This document shows, piece after piece, positions 1 through 14,454 of a DNA stretch of 64,000 bases. Under the pieces are notes generated by a model. The model ran no database searches and was not told the DNA's origin. It was given only the letters and a program-made list of their open reading frames with translations. Location: positions 12,400,001-12,464,000 of the forward strand of contig CP075492.1 of assembly GCA_021613535.1 (NCBI GenBank), given 5' to 3'. This DNA comes from Adineta vaga (taxonomy: Eukaryota; Animalia; Rotifera). Position 1 is the stretch's first letter. Every line of letters starts with the position of its first letter. Both the position numbers and the translations under genes were made by a program.

Positions 1-2
1 AT

Positions 3-3000
3 GTGGTCAACGACGACGACGACGACGACGATGATGATGATGATGATATGGTACAACAGGAACAACAGGAGATTCATAAAGTAATATTATCGATAGACGA
101 TATCGATGATCATAAACGTCAATTGACATTCTGTAATGTTGATCTACAAGAAAATATGATTTTTCAAAAGATCTTATTAAATGAACAATTGCAATTATTT
201 CAAATAATCGAAAAGATCTATTCAACTTTAATTGAACTTGAAATGAATGGTCATCCAGAGTTTCAATTAAAAGACAATTGTTATGAAATTTATGATCCAT
301 ATGGTAAGATTTTTCATGTTAGTTTATGAACCAATGTGTATCTGTTTAGGTAAAGTGAAGCGAATCTTATTATGTGCAAAAAATCTTCGTATGAATAATC
401 GACAACAACAACAAGATTTTGAAACTTTGATTAAAGATCGAACACATGATTTCGAATTAATCTCTCGCGATTTAAATACTAAACATGAAATGTGGATAAA
501 AGATTTAGAAAGATATCGATATGAAAATCGATTATTGAAATTATTTTCTAATCGTCAAATCATGATTATGATTATTTTATTAACAACATCGACATTACAA
601 GATTCTATACAACGAAAGTTTCTTAACAAATTATTCTTATTTAAATCGAACACTATCGACGAAATTCAACGACAATCTAACGTAACTATTTGTTGTTTAA
701 TTCATTATTTACGATCGATTCGAATCAATGATTGTGATTTATCGATAGATAATATTACAATTTTATATCAAAAATATAAAATTGAACAAGGTACATCAGC
801 CGATGTAAGTCTTAAGCATTTATGTGGATTTTTAAAAGAATTATTTAATAATGGAAAAGAATTGTTAATAAAAAATACAATAAATAATGAAAATCAACAG
901 TTTTCAATCACGTTAAGTTCATCAGAATCAAGTTCGGATAAAAGAAAACTTGAAAATGATTTCAATATGGAAATCTATTGTATTCTTTTGGATATATTTA
1001 ATGATCGATTACCATCTGCCTATCAAATTCTTTGGTGTTCAATATCGACTGAAAATGATATTCGATTATTTTTTTCACGTATACGAACATTTCCTTCTCT
1101 TACATTCGCTATCATTGATATCGACAAAATGCATCATCGATTACGTGAATTATTATTAGATGAACAAAATTCTTTGACGAAAGAAACAAAATCTCATGGT
1201 TCTGTTTATTATTTCTCTAGAGAATTATTAACATCTAGAAAAGGTTTACAACCATTCATTATCCTACCGAAACACCGAAATTCAACGCATATGCATACAC
1301 AATTAATAACATCATTACGACGAAATAATATAGTATTACCACAAATTCAAATCATTGCTGGAGCAGCTGGAATTGGTAAGTTTTCTTTTTTGATAGGTGT
1401 GGGTTTGTCTTCATTACAGACCCACATCTTTCTTTCATTGTTCATATATTTCAGTTTCTCTATTTAGGAAAAACACATAAAATAAAAACGCAATACAAAA
1501 ATGAGAATATTCTATGTATTAGTATTAACGATAAAATCGATGTATCCTCTTTAATTCGATCATTGCTATTGTTTGAATCACAAACATCACATACTCAATT
1601 ATTCATCTATCTAAATATTTCGATTCATGCACCATTTGAACAATTGAATCGTATTCTTTTCTCTTTATTACTATGTAATTCATTACATGACGTTAGTACT
1701 GGTCTAACATTTTCTTTCTCAATGAATAAACAATGGAAATTTATTATTGAAGTACCATATACCGATAAATGCAATGTAAATATCAAAGAAAATTTTAATC
1801 ATATCCTTCCATTACTTTCAATTATCTCACCGAATACATTAGAAGAAATTACTAATCAAAATTATCATTTATATATTGGCGAAGAAGAAGAGTTTGTAGC
1901 AAGATTTCTTAAAGCTTATGAAAATCAAACTATTGATCAATTTTATCGAGAAACACGTTACGGTGATGGAGAACGGATAGAATTTGATCCCTTAACTGAT
2001 GATGAAGAATGTCGTTATAATATCTACAATTGTATCACGAAATATGCACCTGATTTGCTAAGAAATAAAATCAACGAATTATCTTTTACTAAATTTCTTT
2101 ATCGTCGTTTTCAATTTTTTACAAATGAATTTTATTGTTTGAATATGGCTTATGAACAGCTCGGTTCTATAGCAATGCAACAAATGATAAATGAAGCTCG
2201 ATCACTTACACAAATAGATTTTTCTTCCGATAAATATCCTCGAATTTATCTCGTTTATGATGGAGGTTTTTCCTTACAAGTATTACATAATGATTGGGAA
2301 CAAGTTCCAATACTTTTACAAAGTCTATTCGATTTTGTTGATCCATTAACACGATCATCTGATCATCGATATATCAAATGTCTATCATGGTTAATCAATA
2401 TACCATATGATACATTTGTTACTTTAATGAATGAGAAAAAGTTCATTTTAACAGAAAGTTTTACTTATAAACTTTTTCATATTCATGAAAGAAAACTAAC
2501 CAAATTAGCTTTGATTATTGAAGGTGAAACTGGTGTTGGAAAAACTTTTCTTCTACAATTCTATTCATCTTTACTCAATGCAAAAATTACTCATGGTAAA
2601 TTAAATGAGAATATATCTCCTTGTATTCTTGAACGAATAAGTCTATGGTTAGTCAAAGATATTATCGAGAATATTTTAGAAAAAAATCCAAATTTACTAA
2701 ATAAATCTCTTCGACAAATTACATTGAAATTACAGAATTCATCGAATGATGAAAATGATGATAATGATATATTTGGTTTGAATTCATTTCAATTTACAGA
2801 ACAGGATAATGCAGAAAGTGCAGTTCAATTACGAAATGAACCAATTGATCATGATCTTTTAGTAAATATCAAAACATCACTACAAACTTTTGATTTTGAT
2901 AAAGATAGGTTACGGAAAATCTGGAAAATAATTATAGCTATCACTGATGAACATTCAAGAGGTGTGACTAAAAAATTGATCTGTTCATTACATGATTTTG

Positions 3001-6000
3001 TTGTATTACAATTGGTTAATTCACCATTAATTATTCCAAGTTCTCGTTTATCAACTCTACTTGATACATCACAAATTCCGACAACGAAATTATCGATTGA
3101 GATTTTTGATGAATTCATATTATACAGTGAAATTAAGCCAGTATTCTATCGTTTACTTTTACATCCTGGTGTAACTGAAGAACAAATAGAAACATTTCTT
3201 TCACCCATTGCTGAATTAGCTCGACAAGTACCGAGTATTGAACTTGTTGTATTCTTTGATGAAGTCAATACATCATCATGTCTTGGTTTATTCAAAGAAA
3301 TGTTTATGGATGGAACACTACATGGAATTAGTTTACCGAAAAATATCTTCTTTACAGCAGCTATCAATCCATCTAGAACTTCGACGGATACTTCAGAAAA
3401 TCATCGTTTTGATGATATACAAGTTCATCGTCGAGATTATCTCGTTCATCAATTACCACAATCATTAGATTGTCTCAAAGTTTCTTATGGAATATTAAAT
3501 TCATCGACATTAACAGATTATGTCAAACAAAAGATAGCATTATTTACCGTAACTTCAACAAGAAATTCTAACAAACAAATGCCATTAGATCACTATGTAC
3601 AAGAAATGCTCTCGCAAGCAATATTAACAGCTCAAGAATTTTGTGAAAAAAATCTCGGTATGAAAAACTTTTCTAAACAGATCTAGAGGAGAGATTCGAT
3701 AATTCTATTTAGGACATAATTCGGTATCACAACGAGAAATTCAACGTTGTTTTAATCTGATTGATTTCTTTTGGAAAATGAAATATGACGATAGTGATGA
3801 TGAACCTGATTCGATACGATGTATTGTTTTATCATTAGCATTGATTTATTATTTTCGATTGCCAACAAAAGAAGATAATGCATTACGAAATGATCGAGAT
3901 ACACCATCACGAGAAGATCTTGGAGAAATTCTTTCTCAAAGTATTCCAGATTTTAGTCGAATTATTGACGATGAACTTGAAAGATTTGTTAATACAGAAA
4001 ATTTTGTTATTCCACATGGAGTTGCCGTCAATCAAGCTGTAAGAAAATATTCTATTTTTACATATCTTTTTTCAAAAGTCGGTATTTTAGATTCGTGAAC
4101 ATATTTTCTCAATTGTTGTTAGTATTATTACTCGTACACCATTGTGTATCATTGGTGCACCCGGTAAATCTTCGAACGAGTTCTTTTTTGCTTTTCAATG
4201 AAATATCTTTCATATTAGGTCAATCGAAAACTCTCTCATTTCAAATTGTTTTACAAAATCTTCAAGGTTCACAATTATCGATCAAACCATTTTGTAAACG
4301 TTTACCAGCAATCGATCCCTTCTTCTGTCTTGGTTCAAAGTATAGTCGATCCGATGATATTGCATATGTATTTGATCGTGCTATCAAACGTGAACAACAA
4401 TATCAACAGAATCGAATTGAAACACAATGTGTAAGTTCGTTTTTCGAGAAACGAATGCAAAGCATTTTTCTACAATATTGTTTCTAGGTTGTTTTTCTCG
4501 ATGAAGCATCATTACCTGATGAGAAGAAAATGGTTTTGAAAGTATTACATCCATATTTGGATGAATGTAAAGTAGCATTTGTTGCGGTAGCTAACAAATC
4601 TTTTGATGCTGCAAATGCAAATCGAATGATTTGTGTTTATCGATCATTACCATCTGAAGAGGATCAAAAAATATTGGCATATGGTTGTCTTGGTTTACAA
4701 ACGCATCTTCAACAATCGACGATCAAAAAGCCACTTGAAGATGTTATATATGGCCTTTGTCAAGGTTATCGTCGAATACTCAATAGTCCCAATATTCCGC
4801 ATATATTTCATGATCGTGATTTTATTTATATGTTAAGAGAATTACGTTTTGAATTATCAACAACTACTGATGAACAAGAAACAAATATTAGTTTAATTCA
4901 ACCCAAAAGTTTATTGCGTGCATTAGAAGATAATTTTAATGGAATTAATCGAAATGAATTTAGAGAACTAGTTCATATTTTTTGCAAAGCTATTCAGGAA
5001 AAATCGCCAAACTTTCGTTTACCATCAGAACGAAATCCACAGAAATTATATCGTGATATTCCAACTATTCTTCGTGAATCTATGAAACTTGATCCAAAAC
5101 GTCGACGTCTTTATGGTCGTTATAAGTTAATTATCGATGAATCTGAAGATGAAAGTGCAATAAATCTTCTTTATCAAACAGGTATTCTCGATCCTGATCG
5201 TAGTCGAACAACTGTTTTTCGTATGTCCGATTTTGTTGATGATATGAATAATGAATTACGAAATGTTGAAATCTTATCAACAATTAAATTATGTATGGAA
5301 ACAGGTAAAACGATTCTAATGGTGAATACAAGTCGAATACATGGTTCATTATATGATGTATTCAATCAGAATTTTTCAATTATGGCAACAGGTGATATGA
5401 GAAAAATCTTTTCTAAAGTTGCTATAGGTCCTAAAACAATTGATGTTGCTGTTCATGAAGATTTTCAATGTATTGTTCATATTAAACGAAATGAATTGAA
5501 AGATATACCACCACCTTTTCTCAGTCGATTTCAAAAATATTCATTAAGTATCAATGATTTCTATCGTATACGATTAGAAAAACTTCCACGTCAAGAACAA
5601 ACACTTTTGAAAACTATCGAAGAAAAAGTTCAATCATTTATTCAACATTTCGGTCGACAATATTTCTATGGAATCAATGATAGTACACTCTATTCATGTT
5701 TATTATCTCTTATTAAAATTAATGATGATGGTGATAATACATTATTAAATATTCATCAATATTATACACAAATGACATCTAAACTGAAATGTTTCATTGA
5801 ACAAAATCCTGCAGATGTTCAACAATGTTTTCTTCGATTGATACTTTCAAAATTGATTCAAATCGTTTCACCTGAGTCGATTATTTTGAAATTACCAACG
5901 TTCGAAGACAATGTACAAGAATGGTTATGCAATCTATACTTTCAACAACAAGAACATTTCAATATTGAAAATTTTATACAACAATTAACTTCAAATCCAT

Positions 6001-9000
6001 CGATAGATGTGAACACGAATATTTTATCATCAATAGAAAATGTTGAAGATCAAATTGTAGAGAATTCTGTTCATGTAACAACAAAAGTAATGATTTTTAC
6101 TCGTACATCTTCTTATGTTATTGGTCTTAATCAACAATCAAAAACTGAATTATTATTCAATAGTGATTTGAATAAAAATGATGATAATTTCAATAATCAA
6201 AGTGATCGAATTCAAGTACTCAATCTAGTAAATATACGCAATTGCTTATTTATTCAAGATACAATATATATACTTTGTTTAGAATACAATTGAAAATTCT
6301 CTTGAATTACAAGACAAATTCTTTACCTATCAAAATAATCGTTGTAAAAATTTATTAATGATTGTTATTGATGGTCGAATTGGACAACAACGTCTTCATA
6401 TTCCATATGTTCGACGATTGATTGATGAAACTGAACATTCTTGCAATAATCAAAATGTTTTCGAACGAAAATATTTTATTATCCTTGTTCATTCATCAAC
6501 ACAAGATCTCTATCATCAATCATGTTTTCCATCAATATTTCTACATAATTGGGAATTCTATTTCTTCGATACTTGTGCACCTGGTAGTGCTTTTCATCTT
6601 CGAAAAATGTTACGAATTATCTCATCACCTGATGCGCAATTATCCCAAGTTGATGATAATGTTTTATGTGATTTAAATATTCTTTTCGATGATTGTCTAT
6701 GGGATTTTTGTTCTCGATTGCATATCATTCTTCCTGATCTATCGTCCGATATATTTACTAACAAGTTTGCTTGTGAATTTTATCAACGACAAACAAAAAC
6801 AATACATCGTGTACGATGTTTCAAACAAATTCTTCAACAATCAATACATTTACAAAGACATATTGTCGATATTTATCATGAATATTTATCGAAAAAAAAG
6901 AATTCATCAAAAAACCTTTACAATTTAATTTATCAAATTTCGAAAGATATTCTATGTGGTAAACGTTTTACTGGTTTAATTGATTCAATTCAAATACAAA
7001 CGAGAAATTCCTTTACAAATTTTGTTTCAAACATATTGAAATTTATTATTAATGATTATGGTTTAGAAACATTAACGAAACTATCAACTGAATACAAACA
7101 GTATAGTCCATTATTGAATCTAATTGATTATCAATCATTTGCAGTTGATGATCAAAAAGATTTCTTTTCATCAACAACACAAGGAATCGTTCAACTTGTA
7201 ACTCATTATTCATGTATACCACAAACACCTTTGTATCATTTACTTCATCAACGTATTAAGACACTTGCTGATAATATTAAACTAAACATCATTCTAAAAC
7301 AAACAGAACGTCAAGGTTAGAATTTTCTTTACGATGACAAATCATCTCTTTCTTTCTTTCTTTAGAAAATGAAGAAGATTTACGTCGAGATTATTACGAA
7401 ATCCCATCAGTAACAACTGTCGGCAATAATTTCGCAAACGAGAATGAAATCATGGAAAATACATTTGAAAATTTTCGATATCGCTTAATGAATGCTTTTA
7501 TGAATGATAAAATATTAGCTGATATTATTGGTGAACGTATTCTTCATTCGTATTCCAATGATCTTGTTCGAACATATTGTACAATTGCTGAAAATAATTT
7601 TGATGATGATTATAATCAATGTCAACAAACTATTGAATTCATATCACAATGGTTATTACTTCTCGATGATAATGATCGACAATCATTGGAGAATTCTTCG
7701 AATAAAGATGTTTGGTTACTTGCACATGTTTATACAACGTATGAATATGAACAGAATGATTTAATTTCTATGTATTCAGCTTGTCGAATTCTCGATCGTC
7801 TTGATTCTACACGATCATTTTATCAAAATCTATCTATGGATGAAAATGCAACACGTTCCAATGTTCGTGAACAGTTTTTTCGCTTTATTTTTGATCATTT
7901 ATGGCAAAATCTTTGTCAATTATGTTCGAATAATGAAACTAATCAAGCATGGATATATGCTTATACATTAATATCTAAATATTATCCATCCGAGAAAGTT
8001 TTACAAAGTATACAATTAATTGATATTAAAAATCAAATTGAATTTATGCATTTAGCATATTTAGTATTTCTAAATAATAACATATCGGAATCACAAAAAT
8101 TGGTATCTATGTTACTGAATGGAACTGATTTTAAACAATCATCAATCTGTTTAAGATTATTACCGGATATATCTGATATTATTCAGCGATATTTACAAAA
8201 TAATAATATCGATAATTCAACTGTATTTATTGATCTTCAACAATGGATTCTTATGATTTTAAAATCAATTACACAACATTCGAAAGAAGATATTCATTTT
8301 CTTTTGAAATATTTAAATAATTCAACTGATCAAATATCTTTATCAACGAAACAATTTCTATTTAATGAATTAATTGATATAGCACTTAAAATACAATCAA
8401 AAACGAAAGAAAATTTCGATATTTGGGATCGATTAGATCTCATTCCATATCTGTTCGAATGTATTTCAAATATTGATTCGCTCGAAAATTATCAAATACC
8501 TTATCATCCATCTGTTCTAATCGATCCGAATGATTTACAATCTCGAGAAATCTTAATTGATCTGTATTTCTTTCATCTTCTTCGTCAAATGACAAACGAA
8601 ACAATCACATGTAATCTTATTAAAAAAGGAATGCTATCAAAAGTACCTAAAACTGATAATCGACGTCTTTTACCGATAATTGAACATGTTTTTAAACAAC
8701 TGAAAGATTATTTTCGAGTAAAAATGGTCGCTCTATTATTATGTGAAATAAATAAGAATGAAAATGAACTTACGGAAGTGAATCGTATTCTTTCAACAAT
8801 AATATCTGACTTGTTAATGATTGATCAACAAACAAAAGAACTTACTCGTTCTCTTCAATTATTTCTTTCGACGATTATTTCGAAACAATCATGGAATTTT
8901 CTTTTAAATCTATTGAAATCTGAATCCATTCAACGTATAAATAATCAATGGGCAACGATTCTCTATTCAATACTTGAATTGAAACAAAAACAATCTTTAC

Positions 9001-12000
9001 AATTATGTCATCAAATACAATTTGCATCTTCTCTAAACACGAATTTATCTATATTTCCTAGACTACATCAACTATATCAAGAATTACGAGATATTATTGA
9101 TATATGTATCCAAAGTAATACCTGGAAAACTCTATTAGATTGGATGACACGAAAATTAACGGCAGATACAAATAGATTGAAATCGAATGAAATCATCGCA
9201 AGCTTATTGTTAAATATTTATTATGATTATTATTGTACTAATCAATTAGATTCGATCTTATCATTATTAGACATCATACAAAGTACTCTACAATTATCGA
9301 CAGAAGAATTTCAAATTTTTCAAGCTTTTATACAACCCAAACAATATATGAGTGGTTACTTTCCGAAATCAGAAAATTTTCTTAATCATATATTTCAACT
9401 TGATACGAAAGATGAATTTGATTTAACCATACGACATTTACTTGTCAATCTTCTTGCAATGATTTTATTAGGTGGAAAACAATCATTTCTATGGACTTTC
9501 GTCTTTCAACCATCGGCATTACAGCATACATTCGGTAAGACGAATTACTTTACTTTTATTTGTAAGAGAAAACGAACTGTTTGTTACACATAGGATTTGG
9601 ATCAACTTCACAAAGTCCAATTCAATCAAGTGGTGTTCATTATGATTGTGGCTGTATACTATCAGAAAATGGTGATCTAGTACGTTTTACAAATACCGGT
9701 CATATCAGTACGCTCAAGGATCCTGCTATTTACGTTGCCTATTTTTCGACTTTCGGTGCCTTAGTAAGTTATATTGTAGTATTCATTGATATGATGTTTT
9801 GTATTTGAAATTAATTAGGCATGGCATTTATTATTAAATCAAGGAGCTATTGAGCATTTGCATGGTCCAATTCTATCACCTTCAGCAATTAATGATACTC
9901 GAACTGTTCATCAACTTGTTGGTGATGATATTCGAGCAAAAGTTTGTCATTTTGTTTGTACACGAATTTTATCATCCTTTCATTTTCTATCAAATCTAAC
10001 AAATCAAACTGATTGTTGTCTTCTTCTAAATCGTTGTTTCGAACAAATGGCTTACTTAACACAGGAACAAAATGGATGGATTAAAACGAATTATAAAGCA
10101 TTAAGTGATCAACATCGAGCTGAACAAGAATATCAAAATCAAGTATTCTATTTCATTCATGGAAAACTCATGGAATATAAGACTTGTATCAATGAATTAA
10201 ATTTAAAATCAGACATACAAAGAAATCTTCAAAATTTTGTTGATCAAACACCAATTATCGTTCAATTCACACACTTTAAAACAGCATTACATCATCCAAT
10301 GTACTCTCAAACATCTTTGAAGATCTTATGTCATATTTTAAATTCATTTGATTTCCTAAAAATCACGAACTTGATCTATCATCTCAGTCAATTTTACCTT
10401 CTTCTACATCAAACATACACACAATTAATTGAACGTACAGAATTTGTTACGATAACACTGAGAGAATTGTATAATCGAGGTCAAAAGTATTATCAACAAC
10501 AACAATATCAAAATGAAGAAAGAGCTCATCTATCAATTATTAATAATGGTATCGAAGCTGTCAATATGTATCATCGATTTGCAAATGGTCTTATTCAACC
10601 AGGTGCTTGTGACGAAACTCAACGTTTTATAGAGATCACACACGATACACCAGTTAACTATCTTGTCACTACTGAAAATCATGATGAAGGAGATATTATT
10701 ATGCGTATACTCAAGTAAGTTTCGTATCAAATCATAACCAAATTAGATTTATATTTGTTCTATTTTAGTGTTCTGGTCGATTATCATAACAGTTTATTAG
10801 AATTGATTGAGAAAGAATTCAATAATGATGAAAATACGAATCTTGATGTTTTAAAGAATTTAGTAAATAACTTAACATCACGTAATGTATCGATTTTAAA
10901 AGTAGCACGCGATAATACAGGTGCAATTGCATTGAATAAACAAGATTGTATATGGATCGAACAATTATGTCAAGCTAGTCTTATCAATACTGATGAATCC
11001 TATTTCTTAACAAATAATTCGACATTCATATTTGATTTCACTTATGTTCAATCACAAATTCTTCGAACATATTTTCTTCTCTGTCGTATTAATCATCGTC
11101 ATATTCATCAAAAATATCAGTGTCATACAAAACGAATAGAAACAAGATTAACAACTGAAATGGATAATTTTGAATTGAATAAAGAATATCTAATATCACT
11201 TTCAAATGAACAACGTGAAAATAAATGGAATCATTTGAAAGATATTTCATTTGATAAACTTTCTCATACATTTAATTTTCTTCGACAAATCGCATTAACA
11301 TTACAAAACTTGGAAGGAGATAAATCATCGTTATATCTATTTCAATTTATCAAAGAAATCGATCATCAGAATGAATTCGATCATCGATTAGAACAATGTG
11401 AAATTCAAAATTTTCAATTATGTTATATGCATGATATATTAAAACTGTATGCAGATTCATTGAATGAATGTCCACATTCATCTACAGATGTACCACCTTT
11501 ACTTCGAGTTCCAATTCATATTCAATTAAACAATGAATTTAATGTCAATTTAGATAAAAATATTCTTCATTTTGATTATAAGAATGATATTGCTAAAATT
11601 CATACAATGATTCAATATATTACCGAATTTCTTAATGAATTGAAATCAATCGAAGATACTTTACTTCAACAATGTTCACAATCATTAGTACAAATATGTC
11701 AACATTTAAGAATTGATAATGTTCTTATTTCGTGGATACCGGAAGGTATTCGATGTGAAAATTATCTTGCTGTTAGTATCTATTTGATTCGTGTACGATC
11801 AATTCTACAGGAACGAAAATTAAATATGGAAGAAAAACAAATGAAAATATGGAATGAAAATGTTTCTTCGAATGAACAAAATGATAAACATGAAAATCGT
11901 TATTATCAATATTTACAAACAGAAGATGAGGAATCAAATATTGAAGAATCGCATTCTTGGATACTTCCTTCAATTGAATTGTCAGTATCAGATCATGAAA

Positions 12001-14126
12001 ATCTAACTCAATATGAAGAACCAAAACAATCCATTAATCATTCGATCGAATATAAATCGTTGATGGAATTAGAGATGAAATTAATTCCATTGATGTCATC
12101 ACGATTGATTCAACAAGTTCATCAATATCGAACGGAATTCATGATCGAACAGTTAACTATCAGTGGTGCCCAAAAATTTGTGATTAGACATCGTGATAAC
12201 AATCTCACTTCATTTCAATGTAAAAGTGAAAAATTCTATGAAAAATTGAAAAAATTCTTTGTGGACAAGAAATATGACTCAGCGCAATTTGTTTTTATCG
12301 ATAAAGCAGATCTAGCTATTGATTTAACAAAGAATGATAATAATATATTATATAAAACATTTCTAGAGTGTCATGTAGTTGAAAAACAAACATTAGTTGC
12401 CGTTAGATTTCATTTTCGTAATTCAGAATATGAATATTTAACTAGTAGTTCCAATAATATTTCAACTATTATTCATCGATTTATTGCTGATAATCAATTG
12501 AACTCATTATCATTAGATATTTCTCTATGTTTTTCGAATGAATATGGAATGTGTATCGATGATGAACGTGTGAGCGATCTTGGTGCAATAAACAGCAAAA
12601 TTGTTGATATTACGGTAACGGAAGAGACATCCGATACGAGCAATCTGTGTGAATTAAATCTACGATATAAAAAAGGTATGAAGATAGAAGAAAGCTTAAT
12701 ATTATCATCAATATTTATTTTTCTAGATCAAAATAAAACAAATCTATTTCATTCAACATCTACATGGGGACAAATCAATATGTGGTTAAACACTCTATCC
12801 GAAACAGATAATTCAACCGTTACGAATTATGCATTTTCATTAAAAGAACCGAAAACTGTTCTCTACTCAGATCAAATTATTTCAACAACGATTAATGATT
12901 CTCAATCGGTTACTGTTGATATTATTAATCAAAATTCTCTTGTTGAAGTAGTTTTCTCCACTCAAGTAAATACATATTCAGCCTATGCATTAAAATCGAT
13001 GAAAATCTCACTGATGTTACAAGATCAGGAACTTTTAAAGCAATTAAATCTTACTGAAATTTCTTCAAATGATTTACTTCTTATATTGGAAGAAAAACCA
13101 AATCAACAAATTTTGACACAAAATGATTTTGAACGTCCTCTCAGTGATTATTGTACTACTGAAATGCAATCAATTCATTTTCGTATAGCAACGTTGATAT
13201 TAGTAACAAAATATGATGACAATGAACAGATTCGAATTTCTTTACCAAATGGAAATGTAACCGTTGAACAATTATTAAAATTAACTGGAACATCATTTGA
13301 GATTTATAAATTTTTAGCACCCATTGATACAAAGAGAATTGTTGAATATAATCAAACATTGTCAACGATGGATAGCAATCAATTTATTCTTTGTAAAGAG
13401 AACGAAACATGTCGTGTACAAATTATAAAAGCAGAAGATTCGGATGCAATAGTCGATGCATATCAACGCTATATTCTTTCTGCTACTATAGCTGATATTT
13501 ACAAGGAAAATCAACTTGATAATTTACGAAAATATCTTCTTTATGAGAATGAATACGTACCTTCAATTGAAACTCAATTGGCATGTTTTCGACTAGAATT
13601 ACCTATTCGATTCACCGTAATCAACGATAATCTACCAATCAGTGTTCTCGTCACAAATAATGGAACAGAACAAAATGTCAAACTTCACTGTTTTCCTTCG
13701 ATGACAGCGAAACGTCTATGTACTATTTCTTGTCAGTTATTTGGTTTGAATGCGGAACACTGTGAGCTAATGACCCAAGATGATCAGACACAAATTGATG
13801 ACGATATCACGTTAGAAGATATCAGTGAGACTGAATCTGAAATTAAATTTCGACTAATTTCTGCACTGTTGATGTCTTGTTCAGTCACATATTCTGAAAA
13901 GACAATCACAATGTTCTATCAGCAAACGACTTTAGCAGCAACTATTGTTACAGACACATTGGAAAAACTTCATATTTTATACGATGATATTAACGAATAC
14001 GTATTGATTGCGATGACTGATGATTCAGTAGATATTGATTTAGATTTATCAATTGAGGATATTCGTGAATTATTTCCTCCTACATCCAATACGATGGCAT
14101 TTAAATTGATGAAGAACAATGAATAG
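3..14126 (+). CDS. RNF213: RNF213/mysterin-like giant multi-AAA+ ATPase, 5'-partial. Exons <3-303, 350-1375, 1468-3657, 3713-4038, 4091-4163, 4219-4430, 4488-6227, 6283-7315, 7366-9534, 9594-9763, 9819-10714, 10769-12675, 12727-14126 (about 4480 aa in window)
   Basis: All ORF pieces join in frame through 12 GT-AG introns (46-92 nt). Walker A motifs GAAGIGKT (spliced), GETGVGKT (2523-2546) and IIGAPGQSKT (spliced). Walker B motifs VVFFDEVN (3246) and VVFLDEASLPDEKKMVLKVLHPYLDE. VSQREIQRC and IREHIFSIVVSIITRTPLCIIGAPG match the RNF213 core order and motifs as recalled (VSLRDVERC; ENVFMMVVCIELKIPLFLVGKPGSSKS; VVLDEVGLAE..PLKTLHPLLE). The symbol denotes family membership, not proven orthology. 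Confidence 0.9.
12..47 (+). repeat. (GAC)6(GAT)6 coding microsatellite (poly-Asp)
   Basis: Directly visible; encodes 12 Asp in the first visible RNF213-like exon. Confidence 0.9.
1395..1429 (+). other. 14-bp RNA stem-loop inside RNF213-like intron 2
   Basis: aggtgtgggtttgt-cttcatt-acagacccacatct pairs fully with two G-U wobbles. It lies in the 92-nt intron 1376-1467, the longest intron of the gene. Confidence 0.6.
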
Positions 14127-14454
14127 AAATGATTAGTTTCTGATAATGATCGGACATTGCTTTGAATCTATTTCTTATTTGTTAAAATTAATAAAGAGAA
14201 TTTATTTTTCTTGCTATTTTATATTGTTCGTAAATTGAGAGTTTTCTCTATTTTCAAACAATTAACTAACGCGATTGATTAATAATAACTGGATCATATA
14301 TCTCGAAGACGGTTTTCATGTGTGATATATAGACATCTTCTTCCTATTAATATCGAATTAAAGAAATATACTTTGTTTTCTTCAATTTATTTATATTTCA
14401 TTGCATCACATATACAAAAACAGTTTACAAATATAAACACAAATAAGTCAGTAT

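Noticed and set aside
3-14126. Reading the many separate ORFs as an operon or a frameshifted pseudogene
   Set aside because: All breaks are explained by canonical short introns that restore one continuous frame.
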